Shown in pieces: positions 11,696 through 24,024 of a DNA stretch of 64,000 bases (its first letter is position 1; every line of letters starts with the position of its first letter). A program made the position numbers and the translations under genes. The notes beneath the pieces were generated by a model that was given only the letters and a program-made list of their open reading frames with translations, had not been told where the DNA came from and did not search any database. The DNA is from Lama glama (lineage: Eukaryota), in assembly GCA_028534125.1 (NCBI GenBank), contig CM052832.1, positions 13,270,001 through 13,334,000 on the forward strand, written 5' to 3'.

Positions 11696-14600
11696 AGTGC
11701 TCTGGCCTGGGGACAGAGGAGAGATGAGGGAGCACGGGGCTGCTGAACACAGTCAAGCCCTGCTCGAAACTGTCCCATGAATCCCCGTCACTCGTGGAGA
11801 AAATCCACCATGGCTGAGGAAGCCCTGCCTCATCTGACCTCTCAGACCCACCTGATGGCCTCCAGCACATCCCGTTCAGGGCTTTTGCCCTTTCTGTTCC
11901 CTCTGCCTGGATGCTCTTCCCTGAGCTATCCACACACCCTCATCTCCTTCAGTTCTCTGCTCAACTGTCAGAAGTCTTCTCTGGCCGTTATACGTTCTAT
12001 TTTTTGACTTGGGGGTGGTTACCCAGGGTGGTCCAGGATCTCACCGTCTGAAGGACCAGAAGCAGCTTACTGAGCCGTCTCTCCTGCTGCTCCTCCAGCT
12101 CATCTCACGTCTCACCTTCCTGAAGGGGCTTTCTCCACCCTTCCCTTCTCCCTTTCTCAGCCTCAACGGGCCTCCAGCGTTTTTTTCCCTCCTCAACATT
12201 TCTCTACTCCTTCAACATACACACCAGCAAATCAGTAGCTGCCCCCACCCCGTGGGTCTTTTGGCCTTTCAAGACATGCCCCTCCTTGACGCCCTCACCG
12301 CTGCACCCCATCATGGTCCATGTCAACCTTTCTGAACCACACTTCTTTCCTGGAATCCCAGATTCTCTCCTACTCTTGCTCCCTTTGCCCTTAACCTCCC
12401 CGATTCTCTCCCTGTCTTGCCTAGCTGATACCTCTTCCTCCCTCACCTTAGGGGCTACCTCCTCCAAGAGCCTCCCTGCAGCCACTGAAAGCAGGGTTTG
12501 TGCCCCTTTATCTATGGCCCCATGATGTTCTGGGCTCCCCCACACGAATGTCACTCTGTACGTCAGTCCACATTGCTCCCAGCTTCCTAGCACATAGTAG
12601 ATACTCAAGTAAGGGTTATCCAATTCATTAATTGGGGTACTTTCATCTGTCACTGAAGCTCTTGAGTCAGTCAGTCAATTGATAAAGATTTTGATGGATA
12701 AGAATTTGTCCAGGTGAGGGCCCAGGGCAGGAGAGTGGGAGGCTGGAATCTGGAAGGAGCAGAGTCTGGTCTTGCCCTGGAGAGGCAGATAAGTCTGGGG
12801 CGCATAAAACTGAATAGTGTGGGAGGAGCTTGATGTGCACATAGGCAGCTTCCTGTGGGCGGGGGCACTTGGGCCAAGCTCTAAAGGAGGCAAATAGGAT
12901 TTAGAAGCAGTGGACAGTATGTGCAGAGGAATTGAGGCAACAGGAACACCTCACTCACTCTGGGCTTCTCTGTTGGGGTCACAGTTCACAAACAGGCTGA
13001 GTAGAGGAGTCAGGGGCTCTGCTTCAGGGATAACGGGCTCATTCCAGGGGTCTGAAGCCACTGGCCCAGCCTCTCCTTGGGCAAGTTCCTTCACATAGGT
13101 TGCATAGGACTTGGATGAAGCAATTCCTCACCTTTGGGGAGGCCCCAAGCCTTAGAGTGAAGTAGAGTCTCTGTCTCCCCTCTAGTCAATGCCTCCCTTC
13201 CTGTCTGTTTTTCCTCTCCATCTGTTTCTCTCCATCGCTGTCTCTCTTTATCTCTCTCTCCAGGGCCTTCAAAGTCTGCTTCAGATGCAGTTTTAAGATT
13301 ATAAATGTAAAACCACAGTGCTGTGCTGGAGCCACATCCAGTGGCTTGCAAGAGCCAACTGTGTGCCTCTCTTCCCAACTCAGTGGCTTGGGATCAGCCA
13401 CTGTGGGAGTATCTACGTCATGGGAATTAGCAAATACTACAAATTAGGGGGGTTTTCCTCACAAAGAACAATTACCAGCACATCTCTTCTGCCCAAACTC
13501 TTCCCAAGATCTAGCATGCAGGTAAGGACAACTGTTAACTGAGCACGACTTGAATGGCAGCACAGTGGAAAGCGGGTCTGCCATGATGTGGTTCCATTAG
13601 ACGGATTAGGAAAGGTGCCCCTTCCTCCCAGCAGACACAGCCCAGTGCCAGGGCCCATGGTTTGGCAAGTGGACTGTGGGCTGGATTCTAGTCCCCACTC
13701 ACCCCCCTGGCCAGGCATCCTTGTGCAGGACACAAGCTACATACCCAAGTGGAGTCCTGGCCCTGTAGGTACAGGTATGAACTTACTGCTGGTTTCCCCT
13801 GAAGGCACTCACACAGCCTTATTCAGGAAAGGACGCAAAATTAACTACAGTGCAGTGTGGAAGGGGCAGCAAACCTATGTTCCAAGTGCTGTGAGAGCAA
13901 TGCAAGAGGAGCAACTCACTTGCCAGTGTCTATCAGGGAAGACTTCCTAGGAGAGGTGACATAATTCAGCAAGGAATTCCAGGGCAGGGGAGATCAGACT
14001 TAACCCAGGATCCTCTCATGGTACCCAGCCTTGCTCTGGGCACGTTGGACTCTCAACTACTCACTGCTTCCTCCGCTGACTCACAGTGTCCTTTAGAATG
14101 TGGGATGTTCTGCTAGACAACTGAGTAAACTCAAAAACTGCTGAAGTTGTAAAATTAAAAATAAGGCAGGGGGACTGTTCTATATCCAAGAAAATAAAGA
14201 TAAATGACACCTAAATATAGTATGTGATCATTAACTGGATTCTCTTTCAGAAAAAAATAGTAAGAATAAGAGACATTTGGGGGACAACTGGGAAAATTTG
14301 AATATGGACTTTATATTAGATGAGAGTCACTGAGCAATATGAAGTTTCTTAGGTGTGATACGAGTGTTGTGATTGTGAAGGAGAGTCTCCTTGCCTTTAA
14401 GGGATCCGTGCTAAGGTGTGTAATACCTGCATTTCACTTTCAAATGGTTCTGAGTAAATACACAAGCAAATTAACAGGAAATGTTGTGGGCGGAGGTAAA
14501 TGGGGCAGATTGTTAGCCAATAGCATTCATTGTACTGTGCTCAACTCTTGTAGATTTGAAAGTTTTCTTAACAAAAAGCAGGTTGGGGGAAGTGGGGAAG

Positions 14601-17600
14601 CCAAGAGTGAGATTCCAGGTGTTAGAATAGAGAATTTACTACACTAGCATAATTGTCCTTCCCCCAGGAGCTCCTATTCCTGCATCACCCCCATTTGCCC
14701 CTGGAAACAATGACGAGATACACACCTTTCTTTGGGCCACATCCATCCACACCCACCATCCCCCTAAAAGGGGAGCCCCCTCCCTCCCTGGTCGCCCTTC
14801 CTCATCCCTGGCCCTCTACTAGCCTTGGGTCTTGTGTGTTATAATCAAAGAAACACTCACTCAGTACCAGAAGAGGGTCGATCCCACCCTTTTGACCCAT
14901 AAATGTGGAAAAGGAGGTCAAGAGAGGAAGTGACTTTCAGTCCCAGTGCTTTGGAGTCAGACAGACTCTGCCTCTCCAGCCCGGCCGCTCACTAGCTGTG
15001 CAACCTTGGGCATGTCACATAGCATCCCTGTGCCTCAGTCTCCTCACTGCAACACAGGACTAATACCAACCACACAGGATTAGAAGAGATAATTGAAGTT
15101 GAAACACCACCTCCCTTTCCCAGCGAAGCCCACCTTCCTTTCCAGCTTTACTTTCTCTTAGCACTTGTCACCTTTCCAGAATAGTCTTTTAATTGATTTA
15201 TTTTTAAAAATTTGTATCTCCTCTCACTGAAATAGAAGTCTAAAGTGAGTAGGGAGTTTACTCTTTTGTTCACTGCTCTATCCCAAATACCTAGGACTAT
15301 GCCTCACAGTCAGAGCTCAGCAAACATTTGTTGAATATTTTATATGTTGAATCCATGTAAAACACCCACACATAGCAACCACTGGGTAAAGGTAGCAATG
15401 ACGGTGGTGGTAACAACATGGATGAGGGTGAAATTCTATTTAAGCCCCATAAAAGCTGGGTACTGAACAGATATGATTTATCCCCACTCGACAGATGAGG
15501 AAACTGAGGGAGGGAGGCTCCAAGAGGCAGAGACCTGCCCAAGCCATGATGTTAGAAGCAAATATGGCACCAGGTTCACTTTCCTCATTTGTCATGGGAC
15601 AGACTAGCTCCAAGACCTCTTCTTGGAGAGGCACCTTCTCAGTGGCCAGAAGGCCTCTCTGCGGGTCGCAGACGCCCAGCAGAGCAGCCATGATGGGACA
15701 GAGCGTCAGCGCAGGGCGGAGTGAGCAGGCTTTGCTCTGGCTGTGAGACTTAGAAACTCAAGTTTCATGCATACTTCAGCTGGTGGAGATAACAAGATAA
15801 GATTCCCAGTGCGGAAGCTTCTAGAACTGAAGTGCTGGGGGAAGTTGTGATGTGGGTGCCATGGCACTGAGTCTGTCAGGCTCCCACAAGTGAAGGGAGT
15901 TAGAATCCTAAAATAGATTCCCTACGGCCACATGGGACACTCTTGGCATCCCTGTCAGGGAGTTCCCGGTCAAGCTGCACCCCGTTTCCATATGTCCCGT
16001 GGCACTTTGTAAGAAAGCAGCACCTCCTGGACACCGTGCCAGTCCCCACTATGCCTCAGGCTCAGCACTAGCTCTCTGAGTCCATCAATCCTTCCCTCCC
16101 TGGAAGGCACCCAGTGCCCCCTCCTTGCCTGTCAGGAGGCCTGGGGCAGAAAGGCAGCAGGTGCCCTACTGCCAGCTCTGCCTCAAAGTTCCCATCACCA
16201 ACAGGCAGGGACAGTGGACACCCCCTTCACGGCCTTACAACACATCCTAAAAGCAGTTTGTGCCTTCTTCACGGACAGGTATGGCCACTCAGAAACAGTG
16301 GAAACATCCTTCAGTCGGTGCACACATATGCGGACACACACACGTGCACACACGCACGTGCATACACTCCCTCCTCAGCCAGTCCAACTCAGTCAGCCAT
16401 CACCCTCACCCACCTCTCCCTCACAGTCAGCTCTCACCGTCAACACGACACCCCTCATAGCCACTGGTGGGCACAGAAGTCCCTGTGGCGCTCAGAGTCA
16501 GCCAGCAGGAGCAGCCCTCTGTCAGAGCCCCCTCCCCCACAGCGTTCCCCTTGCAATCATCGCCACTTCACCCCCTTAACAGTGAAAACCCTCCTCTTGT
16601 CCAGGAACACATGTACGCAAACCCCCAGCACTGCTACCCCTCCCCACTTCCTCGCCCAACAAATCATATAAAGCTTGAGAGCCAGGCATCCCCGGAATCG
16701 GCTCCCGGCTGCAGGAGGCAGTTCAGGAAGCTGGCACCACAGGCTTTCCTGGGGAAGCGGAGAGCCTTGTAAGAAGGGTGGGGTTGGGGACAGGACAGAA
16801 CCACAATAGAGCGTCTTCAGGTGCCTTAGGGCTTCCCCCAGTTCCAACATCCTCTCTCCAAAGGGCCAAGGAACTGAGTCTGCTCTTTACCTACTTCAAT
16901 AACTACAAATAATAGTGATAGTCACAGAACCCCCACTGTCCAAGTTGGTGAGTCTGAGAAATGCTCTAGTCTATTTATCCTCCTTCCCCCAACTAACTTG
17001 CTAGAGAAACCGAGGTTCTAAGAAGCCGGGTGACTTCTCCTGGGTCACAAGGCCACTTAAGAGTAAGTGATCTATCCCAGTCTCTTGCCCAAGTGCCTTT
17101 CACTAGACTATGCAAAGAGCTCCAAATTCATGAGAAAAGAGGGCTCAGCCCTGTGCACCTTGTCCCAGAGGAGCTGGGTGGGGACTGCCGCTCCCTCCCC
17201 CATCCTCACCCCTCCAAAGAAAAGAAGCATTGCAACTCCAGGGAGTCTCCCACCTCTCAGAGGCTCCCGTCTCCTCTCGTGCACGCAGTCCCGTGTCTCC
17301 TGGACACTACAATGAGGCAACTACTGCCCCTAGGAGCCCACGAGCTCTGGAACTGTTAACAGTCTTGCCTCTTTCTTAACCACTCTTTCCGTTTCATGGC
17401 AAGCCAATCTCTTGTGTTAATCTCTGGGACTTCCTGTTGAAGTGACCACTGGTTATCCTTTCACAATCTTGCCTGGTACTCCCAAGGCACGCTTGCCCTA
17501 CAGTTTTGGAGCTAGAGAAAGCTGGTGCTGGGTGGAGACCCCTCTAAGCAGAGGCTCCAAAGGGTGAGGTCACCCAGCTCTCAGTGATGAAGCCAGAACT

Positions 17601-17769
17601 TGGACCCAAGTCTATGTTTGCCAGAGTGATGCCTCGCCTCATCCCAGCCAGAGTGTTGAAGGGCACAGTTATGGCTAAAGCTGGGTGACTGGAACATAGA
17701 TCCTCACTCTCAGACCACACCCTGGAATACTAGAGCATCTTTTAGAGACTAGTCTCACCTAACAAACAC

Positions 17770-19260
17770 CACCATATTTTGTAGAGCTCTAACTATCAGA
17801 ACTGCATGGTACTGGAGCATGAATATGAATTGACGAATCGATGGAACAAAATAAAGAGTAGAAAGGAACAGACTCACGATATATGGGAATTTAGTGTATG
17901 ATAATGGTGGCATTTCAAATCAGTGGAGAAAAGATGGTTTAGTCAATAAACTGTAGGAGGAATGGGCAAGGTATCAGCAAAAAACAAACTTGGAGCTCTA
18001 TCTCTAAAATAATTCCAGATCAAAAGTTTAAGCATTAAAAAAAAGTCAAACAAATATATGTTGTTTGCAATTTGTTTCAAAATAATGATGGGGGGAATGG
18101 GTGGGGCATAGATGAAATAAGACTGGCCCTGCCCTGTTTTGATTACCATTGAGGCTGATAAGGGTACTGCTGGCTCCTTCTATTCTCTCCACTTCTGTGT
18201 ATGTTTGAACAAATGCCAAAAGAAATTATGGGGTAATTTTAAAAAATAAACTTGGGGCACTCAAGGCCTTTCCAGGCATATCACAAAGCATTAGAAGCCA
18301 TATGATTCATGGGAAAAAAATATCAATGGCTTTTAGACATATGAAAAAATGTTTATCTTCACTCATAATAAAAGAAATAAAAAATAAGATTACAATGAGA
18401 TATCTCATTTAAAGTTATCCAGTTGGTAAAACAAACAAACAAAAAAATGGACAACATACCATGTAGTAAAGGATGTAGGAAAACATTTTCACTTGTTGGT
18501 AAGAACATACTCTGTACATCCTTCATGAAAAGAAATGCGAAGGTATCTATCAACATTTAAAATGCAAAAAGCTTTCTAGTCAGTAATTTCAATTCTAGTC
18601 ATTTCTAGTTACCTACAGGTGATGCACAAAATGACAATTTAAAAGGATATCCATTACAGCATTGTCTATGGTAGCAAAGGATTGGAAACAACCTAAAGTT
18701 CCACCAACAGGAAACTAGTTAAATAAGGCCGGATACATACATGTGATGGTTTATCATGCGGCTGTGAAGAAAATGAGAAAGATCCAGGTAGACTGATCTG
18801 GAATGACCTTCAAACGATATGAATGAAAAAACTAAGATGCAGAACAGTGAGTATAGTATGCTTGGCATGAAGAAACAAAGTTTATGTGTGTGGTTGAAAT
18901 TTATGCTCTATAAATGCATATGCAGCTGTATGTGTTTGTAAATGCATAGAATATTTCTGACAGAATAGACAAGAGCCTGGTAGCAGTTGGGCTGGAAGGG
19001 AGAAGTATTGGGATGGACAAGGAGGGAGATTTATGTTTTACTGTTTATTTTGTACCATCTTGAGACATTACCCATTCAAAAATAAATTTAAGAATAATTT
19101 GAAAATATTCAAAGGGAGAATGATGAAGGAGCTGTCAACATTTAGGGGCTGTTGGTGAAGGGTAGATGGGAAGTATTTTACTATTTTTGCAAATTTGTTG
19201 TATGTCTGAAATTATTTCAAAACAAAAATTTTTCAAAATTAACAAATTTAATTTCTAAAT
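17770..19260 (+). mobile_element. Old L1 (L1MC/ME-like) fragments
   Basis: gcatggtactgg...aatcgatggaacaaaataaagagt...caaatcagtggagaaaagatggtttagtcaataaa and ttggaaacaacctaaag match L1 ORF2/3'UTR motifs. Confidence 0.75.
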
Positions 19261-19368
19261 AAATACATATTCTCACAATCAACCCTTTTTACCCACTTCT
19301 TACTGCTGAGAAATTGATACTCATAGAGTTTCTATGGCTTTATTGAGCTAAATAAGGTACTCATTTTT

Positions 19369-20070
19369 TATTCAGCAAATATTTATTAGCATCTAATATG
19401 TGCCTGACACTATGCTAGGCACTGAGAATACAAAAATTAAAAAAAAAGGGAAAAACTGTATGTAATATAATGTTTGGTAGCAATAAATGCCATGAAGAAA
19501 AGTAAAGCAGAGTGAATGGATAGAACAGTGGGAGGCATATTTTAGTTTGAGATGGTGGTCTGGAGAAGCTTGTCTAAGTAGGTGATGCCGGAATAGCCTA
19601 TGTGAGGAAGAAGTTTTGAAAGAAGAGTGTTCAGGGAGAGGAAACAGTGCGAGCAAAGGCCCTGAGGCAGGAGCATGCTTTACGTACATGAGGAACATAT
19701 GAAGAGACCAGTGTGGTTGGAGCAGGTAGCCAAGGGTAAAGGGAGATGATGCAAAAGGTAACAGTATGACCTGTAGGCCATGGAAAGACATGGTTTTTAT
19801 TATAAGTGAGGTGGAAGCCATTTGGAGGATGACATGATCCAATGCAGATTTGGAAAGGATCCTTGTGGCAGCTTTCACTGTGGAGAACAGACCGTGTTAG
19901 GCAAAGGCAGAAGCAGGGAGACCAGTGAAGAGGAAACCAGTGAAGTTACTATAATCCAGACAAATGATGGCTTGGACCAAGAGGGCAGTCGTGGAGGTGG
20001 TGACCAGAGGTGACTGGACTCTGGATATATTCTGAAAGAAGGGCCAGCAGTGTTTGCTGCTGAATTTAGA
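19369..20070 (-). mobile_element. LINE-2 fragment
   Basis: attcagcaaatatttattagcatctaatatgtgcctgacactatgctaggcactgag (L2 tail) followed by L2 body sequence. Confidence 0.8.
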
Positions 20071-21559
20071 CAAATGTAACAAACCCAGGATTTTTTCTCT
20101 CCATCAAGAGACTCTCTCCACTTCTTTGAAAACAGAGTTTGGATTCTTAAGACTCAGCCCCTAGAATCTCAAGACGTTCTCAGTTCATTTCCCCCCAACC
20201 CCACCAGCCCATCTCCCAATCATGGAAATAAAGGGGCACAGAGAAGGCAGGCGGAGGTCACAGCCCTCTCTGATGGAGCCTGAGTGTTATGGAGTGGAGT
20301 CTGTAGGTGGTGAGAGTTCAGCCTGGCCTCACCCTCTGCACCAGCCCCAGAAGAGAAACCCACCCTGGAGCCAGCCGGCTGGAGGATAAAACCAGCTGCT
20401 AGGAAAAAATTTAGATCCAGGCCTTTTTGGAAACAGTGGAGCTAATTTTAAAATACATTGTCACTAGGCTTAAAAATACTGAGCTCAGAAACTAAATTTT
20501 ACAAAAACTGAATGAGTGAACAAGGATCCGAGGCAGTGAGATCGTTTTGTGAATGGGAAAGTTTCAAGCTCACTACTTTTCAATTCCCTAAAGATGCTTG
20601 GATTCACGTCACAGTTTAGTGTAAACCCTGAAGCCAGATACTGTCTGTTCTAGGGTGCAGCGGTGAGAGCTGGGGCTCAAACTGGGAGACCCGGGTCCCC
20701 CTGCCTCCAGCTGCAGGCTCCAAACTATCTCTAGGAGCTCAGGCAGGCTGCTGATCTCGAGGAAAAGCAGGGTCAGGAAACTTGTTTTGAAGTTGCATTT
20801 ATGTAGCATGCTTTATGTAATATTGAGAAAAGCTAAGTTACAAAGACGGAGGAGGGGCACAGAAGGAGACAGGTGCCCGAAAGCCCCCGCTTAAGAGCTG
20901 TCACAGAGGCAGTGGCCCTTGGCAAGGCACTTCCCCTTTCTGGGTTACTGAGCAGACAATATGACCTGGGTCATCCTCGTGAATATCCCAGCCCCCCACC
21001 CTTCCGACAGGTGTGACCTCAGGCAAATGAAGAAAGGATGTGTTGCCTCAGTTTCTTATCTGTCCAGCAATCATAGTGCCCACCTTGGAGGTGTGCTGTA
21101 AGGATTCAATGCTACAAACTATATAAAATATTGGAACCATGTTGGGCAGATGAGAATCAATGTTAGCTGTTGTTATTTTTGTGATTGTTAAAAGGAGACT
21201 GAGTTAGAGAATCTCCAGCTTCTCCATCCTATCAATATGCAGGTAGCCTGACTCCTCTGCCAGACTGATTGTTCAGTGATGAGCAGTGGTGATGTGGGAG
21301 CGAGGATGGGATGCAGTAGGGCTGAAGACTGGGGCTGGGGTGCAGTTTGGGAGATGAATGTTCGGGTCAGGAAGGAAATTCAAGCCACAATGAATCATTC
21401 GATTCACACAAACATGTATTGCACACCTATGACCTGCTGGGAACTTTCTAGGTGCTGGGATATGGCAGGGAACAAAAGAGGCAAAGACCTACCCTCGTAG
21501 AGCTCATGTTTCTGTGGGCTGGGTGGGAGCGGGTAAAGCTGCAGTAATTTTTGCCAACC

Positions 21560-22775
21560 TACTCCCCTGGGCACCAGGCTGGCTGAAGGGTAGTTACAGC
21601 AGCCACTGCCGAGGCCCCAGCAGAACCCCCCGGCCCCTGTCTGTGTTCGCTGGAAGCTTTGGTAGATAGTTCCTGGCAGGGATATAGCTTCTCACCTCAA
21701 ATGCTTACAACTCTGATTCGCTCTCGCATCACGGGAACTAGATCCACCTGAGGAGCAACCTGAATTTGCTGGAGGCAGCCCTCAATCAGCAGTGACTGGC
21801 ATCAGTAGTTAAGAACCCCAGAGAGACCTAGGCAAGTAACCCAAGACATTTCTAGAGCACGTTCCACATGGTCTCCTCAGACCTCCCAGGTGCACACAGC
21901 AGAACTCACTCACCAGCACCTCCGCTGGCTTTTTCCTTTCCTTTCCTTTCCCACATTCTCCGCTCTCCTACTTGTGCTTCCAGGGACCACCTCCCAAGTA
22001 AACCACCTGCACACACATCTCAGGTGGCCTTTGAGATAAAAAGAAAATCTAAGAGAATTGGTACCAGAAATGGCAGGTGGACTTCTGAAAATAGATCCCT
22101 CACCAGTGAGATGGCAGTGTGGACCCGATGCCGGCAGTGAGTGGGGTGGTGATAACTACGACCCCCCTGCCGTAGGCTGCAGCCTCATGCTGACCGGACC
22201 CAGCATGGGTCCTGTGCGAGGTGGACTGGGGTGAGGTACAGGCAGACTCCCAGGACAACACTGACATGCAATAGGTCTGACACTCGAAAGATATGGGGCA
22301 ATGATAATTATGAGGATTGTGGGGTTTGGCTGGCTTTTGTTAACCACCCCAGTAGTCTTGAAGAAAGAGAATGACAGGCTCAACTCGGGGCAGGTTGTGG
22401 GAGCTGGGAGACCCCCACAAGAGCATTCTCAATGGCCCTCATCTCTTGAGGCCAAGGGCAGGCTGCGCTGATAGTCAGCCCCAGGATTCGATACAAAAGT
22501 GGCAGAGATGCAAGAGAGACTGACTGCACAGCCCCAGCAGGCAGGGAGAGGGTGGGATGCTGAGGCCTGGAATGGAGAGTTTGGATGGATGAACTAGAGA
22601 ATCTTGTACCCCTAGCTTTCCCTAAGCCCCCCAAGCCTGCAGAAGCACCCCCTCCCTCGCTAGAGAAGAGCACTCTCCCATTACAGGAAGCCCACACGGA
22701 AGACTCGCCTGGGGGCGTGCCTTGCAAGGTGATGCTTGATCTTCCTTGAGATTCACCCTGCTCCCCTCTCTGCCT
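21560..22775 (+). mobile_element. ERVL LTR16-like LTR followed by internal sequence
   Basis: gtgcttccagggaccacctcccaagtaaaccacctgcac (LTR16-type 3' part), then a PBS-like tggtaccagaa at ~22060. Confidence 0.6.
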
Positions 22776-22777
22776 CT

Positions 22778-23005
22778 AGACAAGAGCCAGCAAACGTTTT
22801 AAGGACAAGAGAGTAAATATTTTAGGTTTACGGGCCACATGGTCTCTGTTGCAACTACTCATTTCTGCTTTTGTACTACTTAAAATATAGTACAAAACCA
22901 GCCATAGACAATAAGCAAATCGATGTATCTATGTTGAAATAAAATTTATACCGAAACAGGCAGCTGGTCCATAGAGCTGGGGCTTGCCGGCCGCTTCTCT
23001 TAGAC
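22778..23005 (+). mobile_element. MER58-like hAT-Charlie MITE
   Basis: gtaaatattttaggttt..gggccacatggtctctgttgcaactactca...agccatagacaata matches MER58A as recalled. Confidence 0.75.
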
Positions 23006-23319
23006 CAGTAAATGGGTCAGACCTCAGCATTGCCCACCAAGGACAGTATGGTCCCTGCTCATGGAGGAAATAACTAACCAAAAAGCTACATGTCTGGCTG
23101 ATATGTATTGGTAGGAACAGGGAAACACATGGGAGAGCTCAAGGGCGTGGGGCTGGGGCTGGGGGAGATGAGGAACACAAGGCTGGCTTAAGAGAGTATT
23201 CAGCATTTGAGAAGTAGTTCTGGCCAAATTGCAGAATCCAGAGCAAGTAAATTATTATTATTTTAAGCTACTAAGTCTTGGGGTGGTTAATTATGAATAG
23301 ATAATCAGAACATGCTTGT

Positions 23320-23770
23320 AAGACTACTTTGTTCTTTTTAATGTCAAGTAGTATTTCACTATACAGATACCACAATGTACATATCTTTTTTTCTGTTATG
23401 GATATTTAGGTTGCTTCCAGTTTGGGTATATTAAGAATCATGCTGCTATGAACATGTCTTTTGGTGGAAATGTATACTCATTTCTCTTGAGAAGAAACCT
23501 AAGGATAGAATTCCTGGGTCATGGGGTAGGCATGAGGGAAGGCATATTTCAAAGATGTTGCCAGAGTTTTCCAAAGTAGTTGAAATATTTCACACTTCCA
23601 CCAGCAGGGTATAAGAGTTCCAGTTGCTCCATATCCTTGCCAATACTTGGCATTGTCAGTCTTTTTCATCTTAAGTCGTTCTGGTAGATGTATAGTAGTA
23701 TCTTATTGCGGCTTTAATTTGCAATTCCCCAGTGAGAAATGATTTGCATTTCCCTGATGAGTAACAATGT
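23320..23770 (-). mobile_element. L1 fragment
   Basis: ggatatttaggttgcttccagttt...tgctgctatgaacat...ccaccagcagggtataagagttccagttgctcca is antisense L1 3' region. Confidence 0.8.
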
Positions 23771-24024
23771 ATTCTTTACTAAAAAAGACCACACAAGAAA
23801 CCAAAATATTGACAGTTGCAATTTTTGCAGAGGTATGATGATTTATTGTTTTGTTTTGTTGTTGTGTGTCTGCTTTTTGCTTTGTGGTCTTTCAGTTTAC
23901 TAAACTTTCTGCATTTTAAAAATTTAAATGCTTAACTTTTTAAATTATGAAGACAACCAAAAAAAAAAACTCTGCCTACTTGTTTTTATAAGCAACAACG
24001 TATATTGACCACAACAGTAATATT

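Noticed and set aside
16114..16772. Cluster of + strand ORFs with a nearby TATAAA and CACGTG
   Set aside because: No recognisable protein, and the CA-rich low complexity explains the ORFs. It could be RAB44 regulatory DNA, but I cannot support a specific call.
20384..20397. 14-mer GGATAAAACCAGCT shared with 40553-40566 in the lincRNA-p21 enhancer
   Set aside because: Several exact 14-mer matches are expected by chance in 64 kb, and the flanks do not align.
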